The position numbers and the translations under genes were made by a program. From Planctomycetota bacterium (GTDB lineage: Bacteria; Planctomycetota; UBA1135; UBA2386), in the NCBI GenBank assembly GCA_046290465.1, contig JBKAGP010000001.1, positions 1,120,001 to 1,184,000 of the forward strand: 64,000 nt of DNA. The letters run 5' to 3'. Every line of letters starts with the position of its first letter. Positions within the stretch are counted from its first letter, which is position 1. The notes beneath the pieces were generated by a model that was not told the DNA's origin, ran no database searches, and was given only the letters and a program-made list of their open reading frames with translations. Positions 53,270 through 64,000 of the stretch are shown here, one piece after another.

Positions 53270-55158
53270 TTGCTCACCTCCTGCAGCACGTTGGTCAGAT
53301 ACGCTTCGATGTCCTGGCTCCGGAACGGCTGCCCGTTCACCTGGCTGTAGCTCTGCACGTCGATCAGGTACTTCGACCGCAGCATCATCGCCAGCTGGCC
53401 CTTGTTCAGCTCCGGCAACACGACCTTCTGGAAGCCGCGCATCAGCGACTCGAGGTCGTTCGGGAGCGGGTTGAGGTGGCGCAGGAATGCCGCGCTCACC
53501 TTGTGCCCCTGCTCGCGCAGGCGCGTCACCGCAGCGGTGATCGCACCGCGCGGGCTGCCCCAGCCGAGCACCAGCACGTCGCCGGTCCGGTCGCCGAGCG
53601 GCTCGAGCGGCGGCAGGTCGTTGGCCACGTTCGCGACCTTCTGCGCGCGCGTGTCGATCATGTGCTGGTGGTTCTGAGGGTCGTAGCTGATGTTGCCGGT
53701 GACGTCCTGCTTCTCGAGGCCGCCGATGCGGTGCACCAGCCCCGGCGTGCCTGGCTTGGCCCACGGCCGCGCCAGCGTCTTCGGGTCGCGCTTGTAGGGT
53801 TCGAACTTGACGCCCGGCTCGCCGGGCGGCGCGTACTGCACGTCGATCGCCGGCAGCTGGTCGACGTCGGGCAGCTTCCACGGTTCGCTGCCGTTGGCGA
53901 TGTAGCCGTCGCTCAGCACCATCACCGGCACCATGTGGCGCGTCGCGATGCGGATCGCCTCGTAGCCGACGTCGAACGCGTCGGCCGGCGTCGAGCACGC
54001 GATCACGACCATCGGCGACTCGCCGTTGCGGCCGTACATCGCCTGCAGCAGGTCGGCCTGCTGGGTCTTGGTCGGCATGCCGGTGCTCGGCCCAGCGCGC
54101 TGGATGTTGAGCACGACCAGCGGCAGCTCGGCCATGATCGCCAGCCCCATCGCCTCGCCCTTCAGCGCAACGCCGGGACCCGACGTCGACGTGATGCCGA
54201 GCTGGCCCGCGTAGCTGGCGCCGATCGCCGCGCACACCGCGGCGATCTCGTCCTCCGCCTGGAACGTCACCACGCCGTGGTGCTTGTAGCCCGACAGCTG
54301 GTGCAGCACGTCGGACGCCGGCGTGATCGGGTAGCTGCCGAGGAACAGCGGCACGCCGCACTGCTTGCTGGCGGCGACCAGACCGAGACACAGGGCCTGG
54401 TTGCCCATGATGTTCCGGTAGGTCCCCGGCGGCAGCCTGGCCGGCGCGACCTTGTAGGCCGTCTGGAAGATCTCGGTGGTCTCGGCGTAGGCGTGGCCAG
54501 CCTTCATCGCGATCAGGTTGGCCTCGACCACGTCCGGCTTCTTGGCGAACTTCTGCGCGATCGCCTTCTCGGTCGGCTCCATCTCGCGGTGGAACAGCCA
54601 GTACAGGATGCCCAGCGCATACATGTTCTTGCACCGGTCCTTGCCGCGGTTGTCGAGCGGCGAGTTGGCCAGCGCCTCCTTGGTGCGCTCGGTCAGGTCG
54701 ACCTCGATGACCCGGTAGCCGTCGAGCGTGCCGTCGGTGCGCGGGTCGACGTCGTACTTGGCCTTCTTGAGGTCGAGCGCCTTGAAGCTCGCGGTGTTGA
54801 GCAACAGGATCCCGTCCTTCTTCAGCTGCTGCAGGTGCACCTTGAGCGCCGCCGGGTTCATCGCCACCAGCACGTCGGGCGCGTCGCCGGGCGTGTGGAT
54901 GTCGAAGCTGGAGAAGCGCAGCTGGAACGCGCTGACGCCGGGCAGCGTGCCGGCGGGTGCGCGGATCTCGGCGGGGAAGTCGGGGAACGTCGCGATGTCG
55001 TTGCCCATCAACGCGGTCGTCCGCGTGAACTGGTCGCCGGTCAGCTGCATGCCGTCGCCGGAATCACCGGCGAAGCGGATGACGACCTGGTCCAGTTCCT
55101 GGACGCCGCGGTCGGGAGAGCCCTGAGCGAGCCCGTCGGTAGTGTCGGTGCCTGTCAT
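53266..55158 (-). CDS. korA: 2-oxoacid:acceptor oxidoreductase alpha subunit
   Basis: FAGDSGDGMQLTG, YPITPAS, QAEDEIAA, TSGPG, QRAGPSTGMPTK. Confidence 0.93.
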   Translation of the reverse strand: MTGTDTTDGLAQGSPDRGVQELDQVVIRFAGDSGDGMQLTGDQFTRTTALMGNDIATFPDFPAEIRAPAGTLPGVSAFQLRFSSFDIHTPGDAPDVLVAMNPAALKVHLQQLKKDGILLLNTASFKALDLKKAKYDVDPRTDGTLDGYRVIEVDLTERTKEALANSPLDNRGKDRCKNMYALGILYWLFHREMEPTEKAIAQKFAKKPDVVEANLIAMKAGHAYAETTEIFQTAYKVAPARLPPGTYRNIMGNQALCLGLVAASKQCGVPLFLGSYPITPASDVLHQLSGYKHHGVVTFQAEDEIAAVCAAIGASYAGQLGITSTSGPGVALKGEAMGLAIMAELPLVVLNIQRAGPSTGMPTKTQQADLLQAMYGRNGESPMVVIACSTPADAFDVGYEAIRIATRHMVPVMVLSDGYIANGSEPWKLPDVDQLPAIDVQYAPPGEPGVKFEPYKRDPKTLARPWAKPGTPGLVHRIGGLEKQDVTGNISYDPQNHQHMIDTRAQKVANVANDLPPLEPLGDRTGDVLVLGWGSPRGAITAAVTRLREQGHKVSAAFLRHLNPLPNDLESLMRGFQKVVLPELNKGQLAMMLRSKYLIDVQSYSQVNGQPFRSQDIEAYLTNVLQEVSK

Positions 55159-55296
55159 CAACGTGTCTCGGGGACGGGCAATGTAGCGACCGCCCCCGCG
55201 ACGTTCCCGGTTCGCGTCGAGCGAGTCGGCAATTCGCGGTAAGGTCTCGGCAGGTCTTGCGTCCCTCGGACGGAACCAACCCGCACCGAGACCACG

Positions 55297-56687
55297 ATGC
55301 CGAACCCGATCCTCCGCCTGATTCCGCTGCTGTCGCTGCTGGCCACCGCGCCCGCCCAGGACGGCCAGTCCCAGTTCGGCCACGCCCGGGCGCGGGCGCT
55401 GGCGGCGCTCGGCCGCCTGCCGAGCGCGCGCGAAGTGGTCGTGCGCGACCTCGTCAACTACCACCGCCACCGCCTGCCGCTGCCGCGACCCGACCAGGCG
55501 GTCGCACTCGACCTGCGGTTCGACCGCGCCGAAGCCGGGGTCGGCGACGAGGTGCTGGTGCAGGTCGGCTACACCACCGCCCCCGAGGGCGACCGTTCGC
55601 TGGCGCCGCCGTGCGCCGTGGTGCTGGTGGTCGACTGCAGCGGCTCGATGCGCGAGCGCGGCAAGCTCGACCAGGTGCGCCAGGGCCTACGCGCGTTCGT
55701 CGAGCGGCTGCGAGACGACGACCGCGTCGCGCTGGTGGCGTTCGCCGACGAGGCGCGCGTGGTCCTGCCGCCGCAGCGCTGCGCCGACGGCGAAGTGCTC
55801 GACGACGCGCTGCAGCAGCTGCGCGCCGACGGCAACACCAACCTGCACCAGGGCCTGCTGCGCGGGCTCGAGCTGCTCGACGACACCGCGCTGTCCGACC
55901 TGCAGCGGCGCTTGATCGTGCTGACCGACGGCATCGCCAACGCCGGCGTGCACGACCCCGGACGGATCGCGACCGAGGTCGCGACCCGGGCCGACGCGGC
56001 CGGCGTCGACGTCTCGACGATCGGCCTCGGCGCCAACCTCGACGCGGCGGTGCTGCAGCAGCTGGCGCAGCAGAACCGCGGCCTGTGCCACTTCGTCGGA
56101 GACGCGCGCGACGTGCAGAAGGTGTTCGTGCGCGAGGCCGACAGCCTGCTGGTGCCCGCCGCGCGCCACGTGCACCTGCACCTGCGGCTGCCCGACGAGC
56201 TCGAGCTGCTGCACGTGTTCGACCGCCACCAGCGCAAGCACCAGCAGCGGGTCCGCTGGCAGCTCGACGACCTCAACGCCGGCGCCACCGGCGTCGCGCT
56301 GCTGCGCTGCCGCGTGCGCCGCACCGCCGACCGCCCGCTGGTCGTGGTCGCGCGGATCGGCTACCGCGACCCGCGCACCGCCCAGGCGACCGAGCACGAC
56401 GCGCGGTCGGCGCTGGCCGCGGTGGCCGTGCCCGCCCCCGACGCCCGCACCGACCTCGAGGTGCGCCGCAACGCCGCGATCGCCACGCTCGCCGAAGGCC
56501 TGCACGCGATGGCCCGGCGCTGCGACGGCCGCCGCTGGGCCGACGCCGACCGCGAGCTGCGCGACGCGTGCGACGCCGCGCGCGCGCTGTTCCCCGGCGA
56601 CGATCCCGACGTCGACCGCGTGCGCGAGATCGTCGACGGCCACCTGCGCACGCTCCAGAACCACCTCGACCGGTTCCGCCGCCACTG

Positions 56688-56688
<1 letters not shown>
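55297..56688 (+). CDS. Secreted von Willebrand A domain protein (YfbK-like)
   Basis: Signal peptide, MIDAS DCSGSM, GNTNL, LTDGIAN, STIGLG. Confidence 0.88.
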
Positions 56689-58647
<1,959 letters not shown>

Positions 58648-58658
<11 letters not shown>

Positions 58659-59211
58659 CCCCGCCGAACTGCTGGCGCGCGCCCGCGGCGGTGAGCAGGC
58701 CGCGTTCGCCGAGCTGGTCGCGCCGCACCGCGAGCGCCTGCAGCGCTACCTGGTGACGATGACCGGCGACGAGCACACCGCCGAGGACGTGCTGCAGGAG
58801 GGCCTGCGCCGCGCGCTCGAGAAGCTCGACCAGCTGCAGCAGGCCGAACGGTTCGGCTCGTGGCTGCTGTCGATCGCGTGCAACGTCTGCCGCAGCCACC
58901 TGCGCCGCGAGGTGCAGCGCGCGCACGGCGGCGACGACCTGCTGCAGCAGATGTGCGACCACCATCGCACCGCGCTGAGCTCGCTGGTCCGCCGCGAGGA
59001 CGCGCAGCGGCTGCGCCTGGCGATCGACCGGCTGCCGATCCTGCTGCGCGAGGCGTTCGTGCTGTTCGCGGTCGAGGGACTTCCCTACGCCGAGATCGCC
59101 GCGGCGACCGACGTCGCCGAGGGCACCCTGCAGGTGCGCGTGCACCGCGCCAAGGCCCTGCTGCGCCAACAGCTCGGTGACGTGGTCGACTCCTGGGTGC
59201 TGCGCGGCTGA
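58648..59211 (+). CDS. ECF sigma-70 factor
   Basis: GEQAAFAEL, TAEDVLQE, FGSWLLSIACN, LREAFVL, GTLQVRVHRAK; overlaps the kinase stop. Confidence 0.9.
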
Positions 59212-59226
59212 AGTCTCCTGCACCGG

Positions 59227-60060
59227 ATGGTCGAAGAACCCGACATGGATGCGGAGAGGGTTCGGACGCGGCGGCTGGCCGTGCTGCTGGCGGTGGCGCT
59301 CGGCGGTGCGGCGACGTGCCAGCAGGAGCTGCGTCGCGACGACCCGGCGCCGCAGCGACCCGCCGACCGCAACGGCGCGGCCAAGGCCGCGACGCACGCG
59401 CCGAAGCCCCGGCTGAAGCCGCTGGTCGCCTGGCAGTTCGTCAAGCTCGGCAACGCCGCGCACGTGCAGCAGCTCGCCGCCGCGAAGCGGGCGCGCGCCG
59501 CCGCATCGCAGGCGGCCGACCTGCCGCACGACCATGCCCACGACCACGTGGCGGCCCCGGAGCGCAACCGGCCGATCCGGCCGGCCGGTGCCGGCCGCTA
59601 CGTCTGCGCGGTGCTCGCCTGCGCCGACCTGGACGTCGAACTGGCCGCCGTGCTCGGCGTGCAGCGCCAGGACCTGCTGGTGCTGCGTGCGCCCGGTCCG
59701 TTCGTCAGCCAGGAGGCGGTCGCCCTGTTGAGGCGCGCGGTCGAACGGCACCGGCTGTCGTTTGCGATCGTGCTCGGCCACGCGCCGTGCGAATCGCTGC
59801 GGCAGCCGACCGGACACGAGGACGCCCTGACCCGCCGGCTGCTGCCGCTGCGCGCGCTGGCGCGTCGCCGCAACCAGCCGCTCCACGAGACGCTCGTGCA
59901 CCAGCAGCGCGAACTGCTGCTGGCGTCGTCCCCGCAGCTGCGCGCCGCCGTCGACGAAGACCGCCTGCGCATCGCGCCCGCGCTGCTCGACGCGCGCACC
60001 GGCAAGCTGCGCTGGGTCGCGCGGCGCGCGCACACGCTGCCGATCGCGCCGGTCAAGTAG
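59227..60060 (+). CDS. Exported beta-carbonic-anhydrase-like protein, divergent
   Basis: LGNAAH, AVLACAD, DLLVLRAPG, IVLGHAPC, DARTGKL; start 59227 or 59245. Confidence 0.65.
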   Translation: MVEEPDMDAERVRTRRLAVLLAVALGGAATCQQELRRDDPAPQRPADRNGAAKAATHAPKPRLKPLVAWQFVKLGNAAHVQQLAAAKRARAAASQAADLPHDHAHDHVAAPERNRPIRPAGAGRYVCAVLACADLDVELAAVLGVQRQDLLVLRAPGPFVSQEAVALLRRAVERHRLSFAIVLGHAPCESLRQPTGHEDALTRRLLPLRALARRRNQPLHETLVHQQRELLLASSPQLRAAVDEDRLRIAPALLDARTGKLRWVARRAHTLPIAPVK

Positions 60061-60291
60061 CCGCGCCGCCGCGGCTCCGGTGTCGCCGTCGCGGCCGATC
60101 CGGTTCTTCCTGACCGCGAGAACAATGTGGACAACGTCCCACGCTCTCCACGACTTGTGCAGAAAAGAAGTGCGGGCAAACGCTCCCCTCGAGGCGCGAG
60201 GTTCGTTCCAATCGGGGACCCGACGCAACGGTGCGTCCGCCCCTCGCCATGCCGGCCCGAGCCAGGGCCCTGACTCCGCCACGCTCTCGCA

Positions 60292-62421
60292 ATGCGCACC
60301 CAGCTCGGCACCTACTGCCAGCAGTTCGACGGCACGCTGCGTCCCGTGCTGCACGATCTCGACCTCGCGCTCCAGGCCCTCGAGAAGGCCTCGGAGGAAA
60401 CCCCGAGCAAGTCGCTGCACGTGCCGCTGCTGGAGCTGCAGCACCAGCTGCGCGCGCTGTGCGACAAGGTGGCCGAGCAGCAGGCCTACGTGCTGATCTT
60501 CGGCCCGTTGAAGAGCGGCAAGTCGACGCTGATGAACGCGATCGCCGCGTCGTACGTCAGCGAGGTGTCGAGCCTGCCGGCGTATCCATGCCTGGTGTTC
60601 GTGCGCGCCGGCAAGAAGCGTGAGTACTTCGTCACGTGCTATGACGGATCGACGCGGCGCTTCGGCGACGCCGACAAGCTGCACGACGACATCGCCAACG
60701 CGCACACCGAGCTCGCCGAGGCGATCCGCAAGGCCGAGAACCAGGGGCTGACGTTCGATCCGCAGGAGCACTTCCAGGCGGCGATCCGGCGCGTCGACGT
60801 GCACGTGCCCGACAGCGAACTGGAGAAGACCGGCGCGGTGCTGGTCGACACCCCCGGCCTCTACACGCGCATGCGCTTCGGCTACGACCGCATGACGCGC
60901 GACTTCCGCGACGCGGCCGCCTGCGCGATCTTCGTGGTCAAGAGCGACACGCTGTTCCTCGAGCAGGTGTTCGCCGAGTTCCAGCAGCTGCTCGACCTGT
61001 TCAGCCGCATCTTCCTGGTCGTCAACGTCGACTCGCACAAGCGCGATGTCGGCCCCGACGGCAAGCTGGTGCCGAGCCTCGAGCAGTCGAAGCCCGAAGA
61101 GGTGCTGAAGGCGTTCGAGCAGCTGGCGATGTCGGCGCCGCTGCAGCAGGCGGCCAAGGACGGCCGCGTCAGGATGTATCCGGTCGACCTGCTGCACGCC
61201 GCCAGCAACCGCCTGTCGAAGAACGGCAAGGGCAAGGCGCCGGCCGGCTTCGACGCGTTCGAACAGGACCTCAGCGAATACCTCGCGAGCAGCGAATACC
61301 TGTCGGCGTTCCTGCGCGACTCGCTGCAGCGCGCCGAAGGCCTGCTCGGCGAGATGCAGTCGCACTTCGAAGCCGAGGACGCCCGCGAACTGGAGCAGCG
61401 CCTGCACGACCTCGACGAGGAGTGCGGCTGGTTGCGCCACGAGAAGCAACGGGTCGAGCAGGCGCTGCAGCTGGACTGGACCGAGGCCTTCGCCCGCAGC
61501 CGTCGCGACGTCGACGCCGAGGTCGAACGCTCCGCGCGCGACCACGGCGCCAAGCTGCTGCGCACGCTCGGCGCGTCGATCGACACCTGGTTCTTGAGCA
61601 GCCAGAGCCTCGAGTGGCTGGTGCAGGGCCAGTGGAGCCCGCTGGTGCGCGACTACCGCGAAGCCGTGCTCGAGGCCGGCAACAAGGCATTCGAACAGGC
61701 CGGCATGCAGACCGACGCCGGCTTCGATCTGCCCGACGGCGTCAGCGAGCTGGCCCGCCGCGCCGGCATCGACCTGCGCCTGCTGCGCGCGCACGCGTTC
61801 GACGCGGTCGGCAAGGTGCAGTGGCCGAAGCACGCTGCGGTGCCGGTCGACGTGCGCAAGATCCCGATCAAGAAGGGCGTCGTCGACCGCCTGGCGTTCC
61901 GTTCGCTCGACAAGGTGCGCCAGCGCCTGTTCGGAGCGCTCGACAAGCCCGACGCCAAGATCCCGGGCAAGGACAAGGCCCGCCACCTCGGGGACCCAGG
62001 CCGTCTGCACCTGCACCAGTGCGTCGCGCAGTTCCGCGGCGAGCTGCTGCCGCAGACCACCGACTGCCTCGGCCGGCACTTCGGCGACGCGTTCGCCGAC
62101 GCCGCCAGCAAGATGCTGCGCGAGCAGCTGGACGGCTACGCGCCGCGCCTGCAGCGAAAGCTCGACGAACTCGAGGGCGAACGTTCCTACCTGATGAACG
62201 TCGCGACCCCACTGCGCGACCTCGGCAAGCTGACCGGCGGGACCCGCACCAAGCTGCAGGCGCTCGGCAGCCAGTTCGTGCGCGAGGCCGAGCTGCAGCC
62301 GCAGCCGAAGGACGTCGTGCTCGAGCCCAAGGCGCCGCAGGGTCAGCCGGGCAAGCAGCCGGCGAACCAGCCCAAGGGCCGCAGGCAGGGCAAGCGCGGC
62401 GCCGGGAGCCGGCGCCCGTAG
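60292..62421 (+). CDS. Dynamin-like GTPase family protein
   Basis: GPLKSGKSTLMNA, LVDTPGL, long helical/coiled-coil C-terminus. Confidence 0.8.
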   Translation: MRTQLGTYCQQFDGTLRPVLHDLDLALQALEKASEETPSKSLHVPLLELQHQLRALCDKVAEQQAYVLIFGPLKSGKSTLMNAIAASYVSEVSSLPAYPCLVFVRAGKKREYFVTCYDGSTRRFGDADKLHDDIANAHTELAEAIRKAENQGLTFDPQEHFQAAIRRVDVHVPDSELEKTGAVLVDTPGLYTRMRFGYDRMTRDFRDAAACAIFVVKSDTLFLEQVFAEFQQLLDLFSRIFLVVNVDSHKRDVGPDGKLVPSLEQSKPEEVLKAFEQLAMSAPLQQAAKDGRVRMYPVDLLHAASNRLSKNGKGKAPAGFDAFEQDLSEYLASSEYLSAFLRDSLQRAEGLLGEMQSHFEAEDARELEQRLHDLDEECGWLRHEKQRVEQALQLDWTEAFARSRRDVDAEVERSARDHGAKLLRTLGASIDTWFLSSQSLEWLVQGQWSPLVRDYREAVLEAGNKAFEQAGMQTDAGFDLPDGVSELARRAGIDLRLLRAHAFDAVGKVQWPKHAAVPVDVRKIPIKKGVVDRLAFRSLDKVRQRLFGALDKPDAKIPGKDKARHLGDPGRLHLHQCVAQFRGELLPQTTDCLGRHFGDAFADAASKMLREQLDGYAPRLQRKLDELEGERSYLMNVATPLRDLGKLTGGTRTKLQALGSQFVREAELQPQPKDVVLEPKAPQGQPGKQPANQPKGRRQGKRGAGSRRP

Positions 62422-62508
62422 GCGGGATCACCCGGAGACGAGAGTCGAAGCGCCCGGGACCTTTGGAGACGCCGGCCGTGACCGCTCGGCGTCGAGGCCC
62501 GCGCGCCG

Positions 62509-64000
62509 TTACCGCAGTGCCGACAGCTTGCGGAACCGCACCAGCGTCTCGCGCGCCAGCTCCATCACCTCGGCCGCCGGCCGACCGGTCAGCAGCTCCA
62601 GTGCGTCGTGCACGCCGTTGACGGCCTGCACCGCGAACGTGCCCGCTTCGACCGCCTGCACCACGTCGACGTCGAGCATCAGGTCGCCGATGTTGGCGAC
62701 CGGCAGCACGACGCCCTGGCGGCGGTTCAGCTTGCGCGCCTTGCACAGCCGGAAGAAGCCTTCGATCTTGTCGTTGACGCCGGAGACCGCCTGCACCTCG
62801 CCCTTCTGGTTGACGCTGCCGGTGATCGCCAGGTCCTGCACCAGCGGCACGTTCGCCAGCGAGCTGAGCAGCGCCAGCAGCTGGGCCAGCGACGCGCTGT
62901 CGCCCTCGACGCCGTTGTAGAGCTGTTCGAAGCAGATCGTCGCCTGCATGCACAGCGGGCCGCCGTCGCCGAACTCCTGCAGCAGGAAGCCCTCGAGGAT
63001 CATCACGCCCTTGTCGTGGATCGGGCCCGACAGCTGCGCCAGGCCCTCGATGTTGACCAGGCCCGAGCGCTGCGCGGTCGCGACGCCGGAGTTGCAGGTG
63101 ATCCGGCACGGGCGGCCGAACTCGATCGTGCCGGTGTCGAGCACCGTCAGCGCGTTGATCTGGCCGATCGCGGTGCCGGACGTCGTCAGCTCCATGTAGC
63201 CGGCGGCGTAGCCACGTTCGGTCAGTTCCTGCGCCAGGTCGTGCCGCTGCCGCTGCATGCCGACGGCCTGGTCGACGTGGCGACGCGTCACCAGCTTGGC
63301 GCGCGCCAACCGCGCCTGGTAGGCCGACTCGCGCGCCAGGTCGCCGATCTCGCTGTAGCGCGTGATCAGCCGGTCGCGGCGGCCGGCGCAGCGAGCGCCG
63401 TGCTCGGCGATCGCCGCCATCGCATCGGGTGACAGCGGCAGCAGGTCCTCGCCCTCGACCAGCCACTGCAGGTAGTCGGCGTAGCGCGTCAGGCTCTTCT
63501 TGTTGACCGGGATCGTGCTGTCGAACTCGGCGTGGATCTTGAAGACCTGCGGGAACTGGATGTCCTCGGCGGCGAGCTGCTCGTAGACGCCGGGTTCGCC
63601 GATCAAGACGACCTTGAGGTCGATCGGGATCGCCTGCGGCTGCAGCGTGCCGGTGTGCGTGCCCGCCCCCTGGTCGAAGTCGCGGATCTCGAGCAACCCA
63701 GACTGCAGCACCCGCTTGAGCTGCGTCCAGACGCCCGGCTCGCGCAGCACGTCGAAGCAACGCAGCACCAGGTAGCCGCCCTCGGCGCGCAGCAGCGCCC
63801 CCGGGTGCACCTGCAGCGGCCCCGGCTGCGAGTCGCCGCCGATGGTCCCGAACAGGTTGCCGAAGCTCGGATTGGTCTCGATGACCACTGGACAGGCGTC
63901 GGTGAACGACGTCTTGACCACCTGCGAGTGGAACTCGCCCAGGCGCGGCTCGGCGGTCTGCGGCATCAACTCGAACGCGGTGGTCTCGTCTTCGAGTTCG
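62509..64000 (-). CDS. Lon-like (LonC/AAA_32-type) ATP-dependent protease, N-terminus outside the window
   Basis: ETNPSFGNLFG, GQINAL, IHDKGVMIL, EGDSAS, TGSVNQKG, NDKIEGFF. Confidence 0.9.
   Translation of the reverse strand, partial: ELEDETTAFELMPQTAEPRLGEFHSQVVKTSFTDACPVVIETNPSFGNLFGTIGGDSQPGPLQVHPGALLRAEGGYLVLRCFDVLREPGVWTQLKRVLQSGLLEIRDFDQGAGTHTGTLQPQAIPIDLKVVLIGEPGVYEQLAAEDIQFPQVFKIHAEFDSTIPVNKKSLTRYADYLQWLVEGEDLLPLSPDAMAAIAEHGARCAGRRDRLITRYSEIGDLARESAYQARLARAKLVTRRHVDQAVGMQRQRHDLAQELTERGYAAGYMELTTSGTAIGQINALTVLDTGTIEFGRPCRITCNSGVATAQRSGLVNIEGLAQLSGPIHDKGVMILEGFLLQEFGDGGPLCMQATICFEQLYNGVEGDSASLAQLLALLSSLANVPLVQDLAITGSVNQKGEVQAVSGVNDKIEGFFRLCKARKLNRRQGVVLPVANIGDLMLDVDVVQAVEAGTFAVQAVNGVHDALELLTGRPAAEVMELARETLVRFRKLSALR

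Noticed and set aside
60110..60200. Replication origin suggested by DnaA-like boxes and lower GC
   Set aside because: Only two near-matches, no AT-rich unwinding element, and no dnaA, dnaN or gidA nearby

Overview
High-GC (about 70% by eye) bacterial chromosome segment, most consistent with a Planctomycetota genome (planctomycete-type cytochrome c domain, kinase-linked ECF sigma factors, DUF4388-like and secretin-like proteins); the taxonomy is inferred. About 47 CDS: a CheB/CheR-PAS and two-component cluster with a GGDEF-EAL output, a pilB-pilT-pilB-folE unit, three ECF sigma loci, rpoN, sahR-ahcY, korAB, hydrolases, a dynamin-like GTPase and a partial Lon-like protease. No rRNA, tRNA, CRISPR array, transposase or phage gene was recognised. 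Most notable: (1) an 86-87 bp dispersed hairpin element with CTAG/CTA ends, in two copies between convergent genes, supplying three stop codons; (2) two apparently lost stop codons, each one base from CTAG, one fusing an APH-like kinase to an ECF sigma with a Ser-substituted xAED motif; (3) a kinase-methyltransferase fusion next to a GT4; (4) a REC-pseudo-histidine kinase; (5) a tandem secretin-like protein behind an ECF/anti-sigma pair; (6) candidate operators, a structured infA leader, many leaderless-type starts and frequent 12-17 bp tandem duplications. All calls come from reading motifs by eye; no searches were run.
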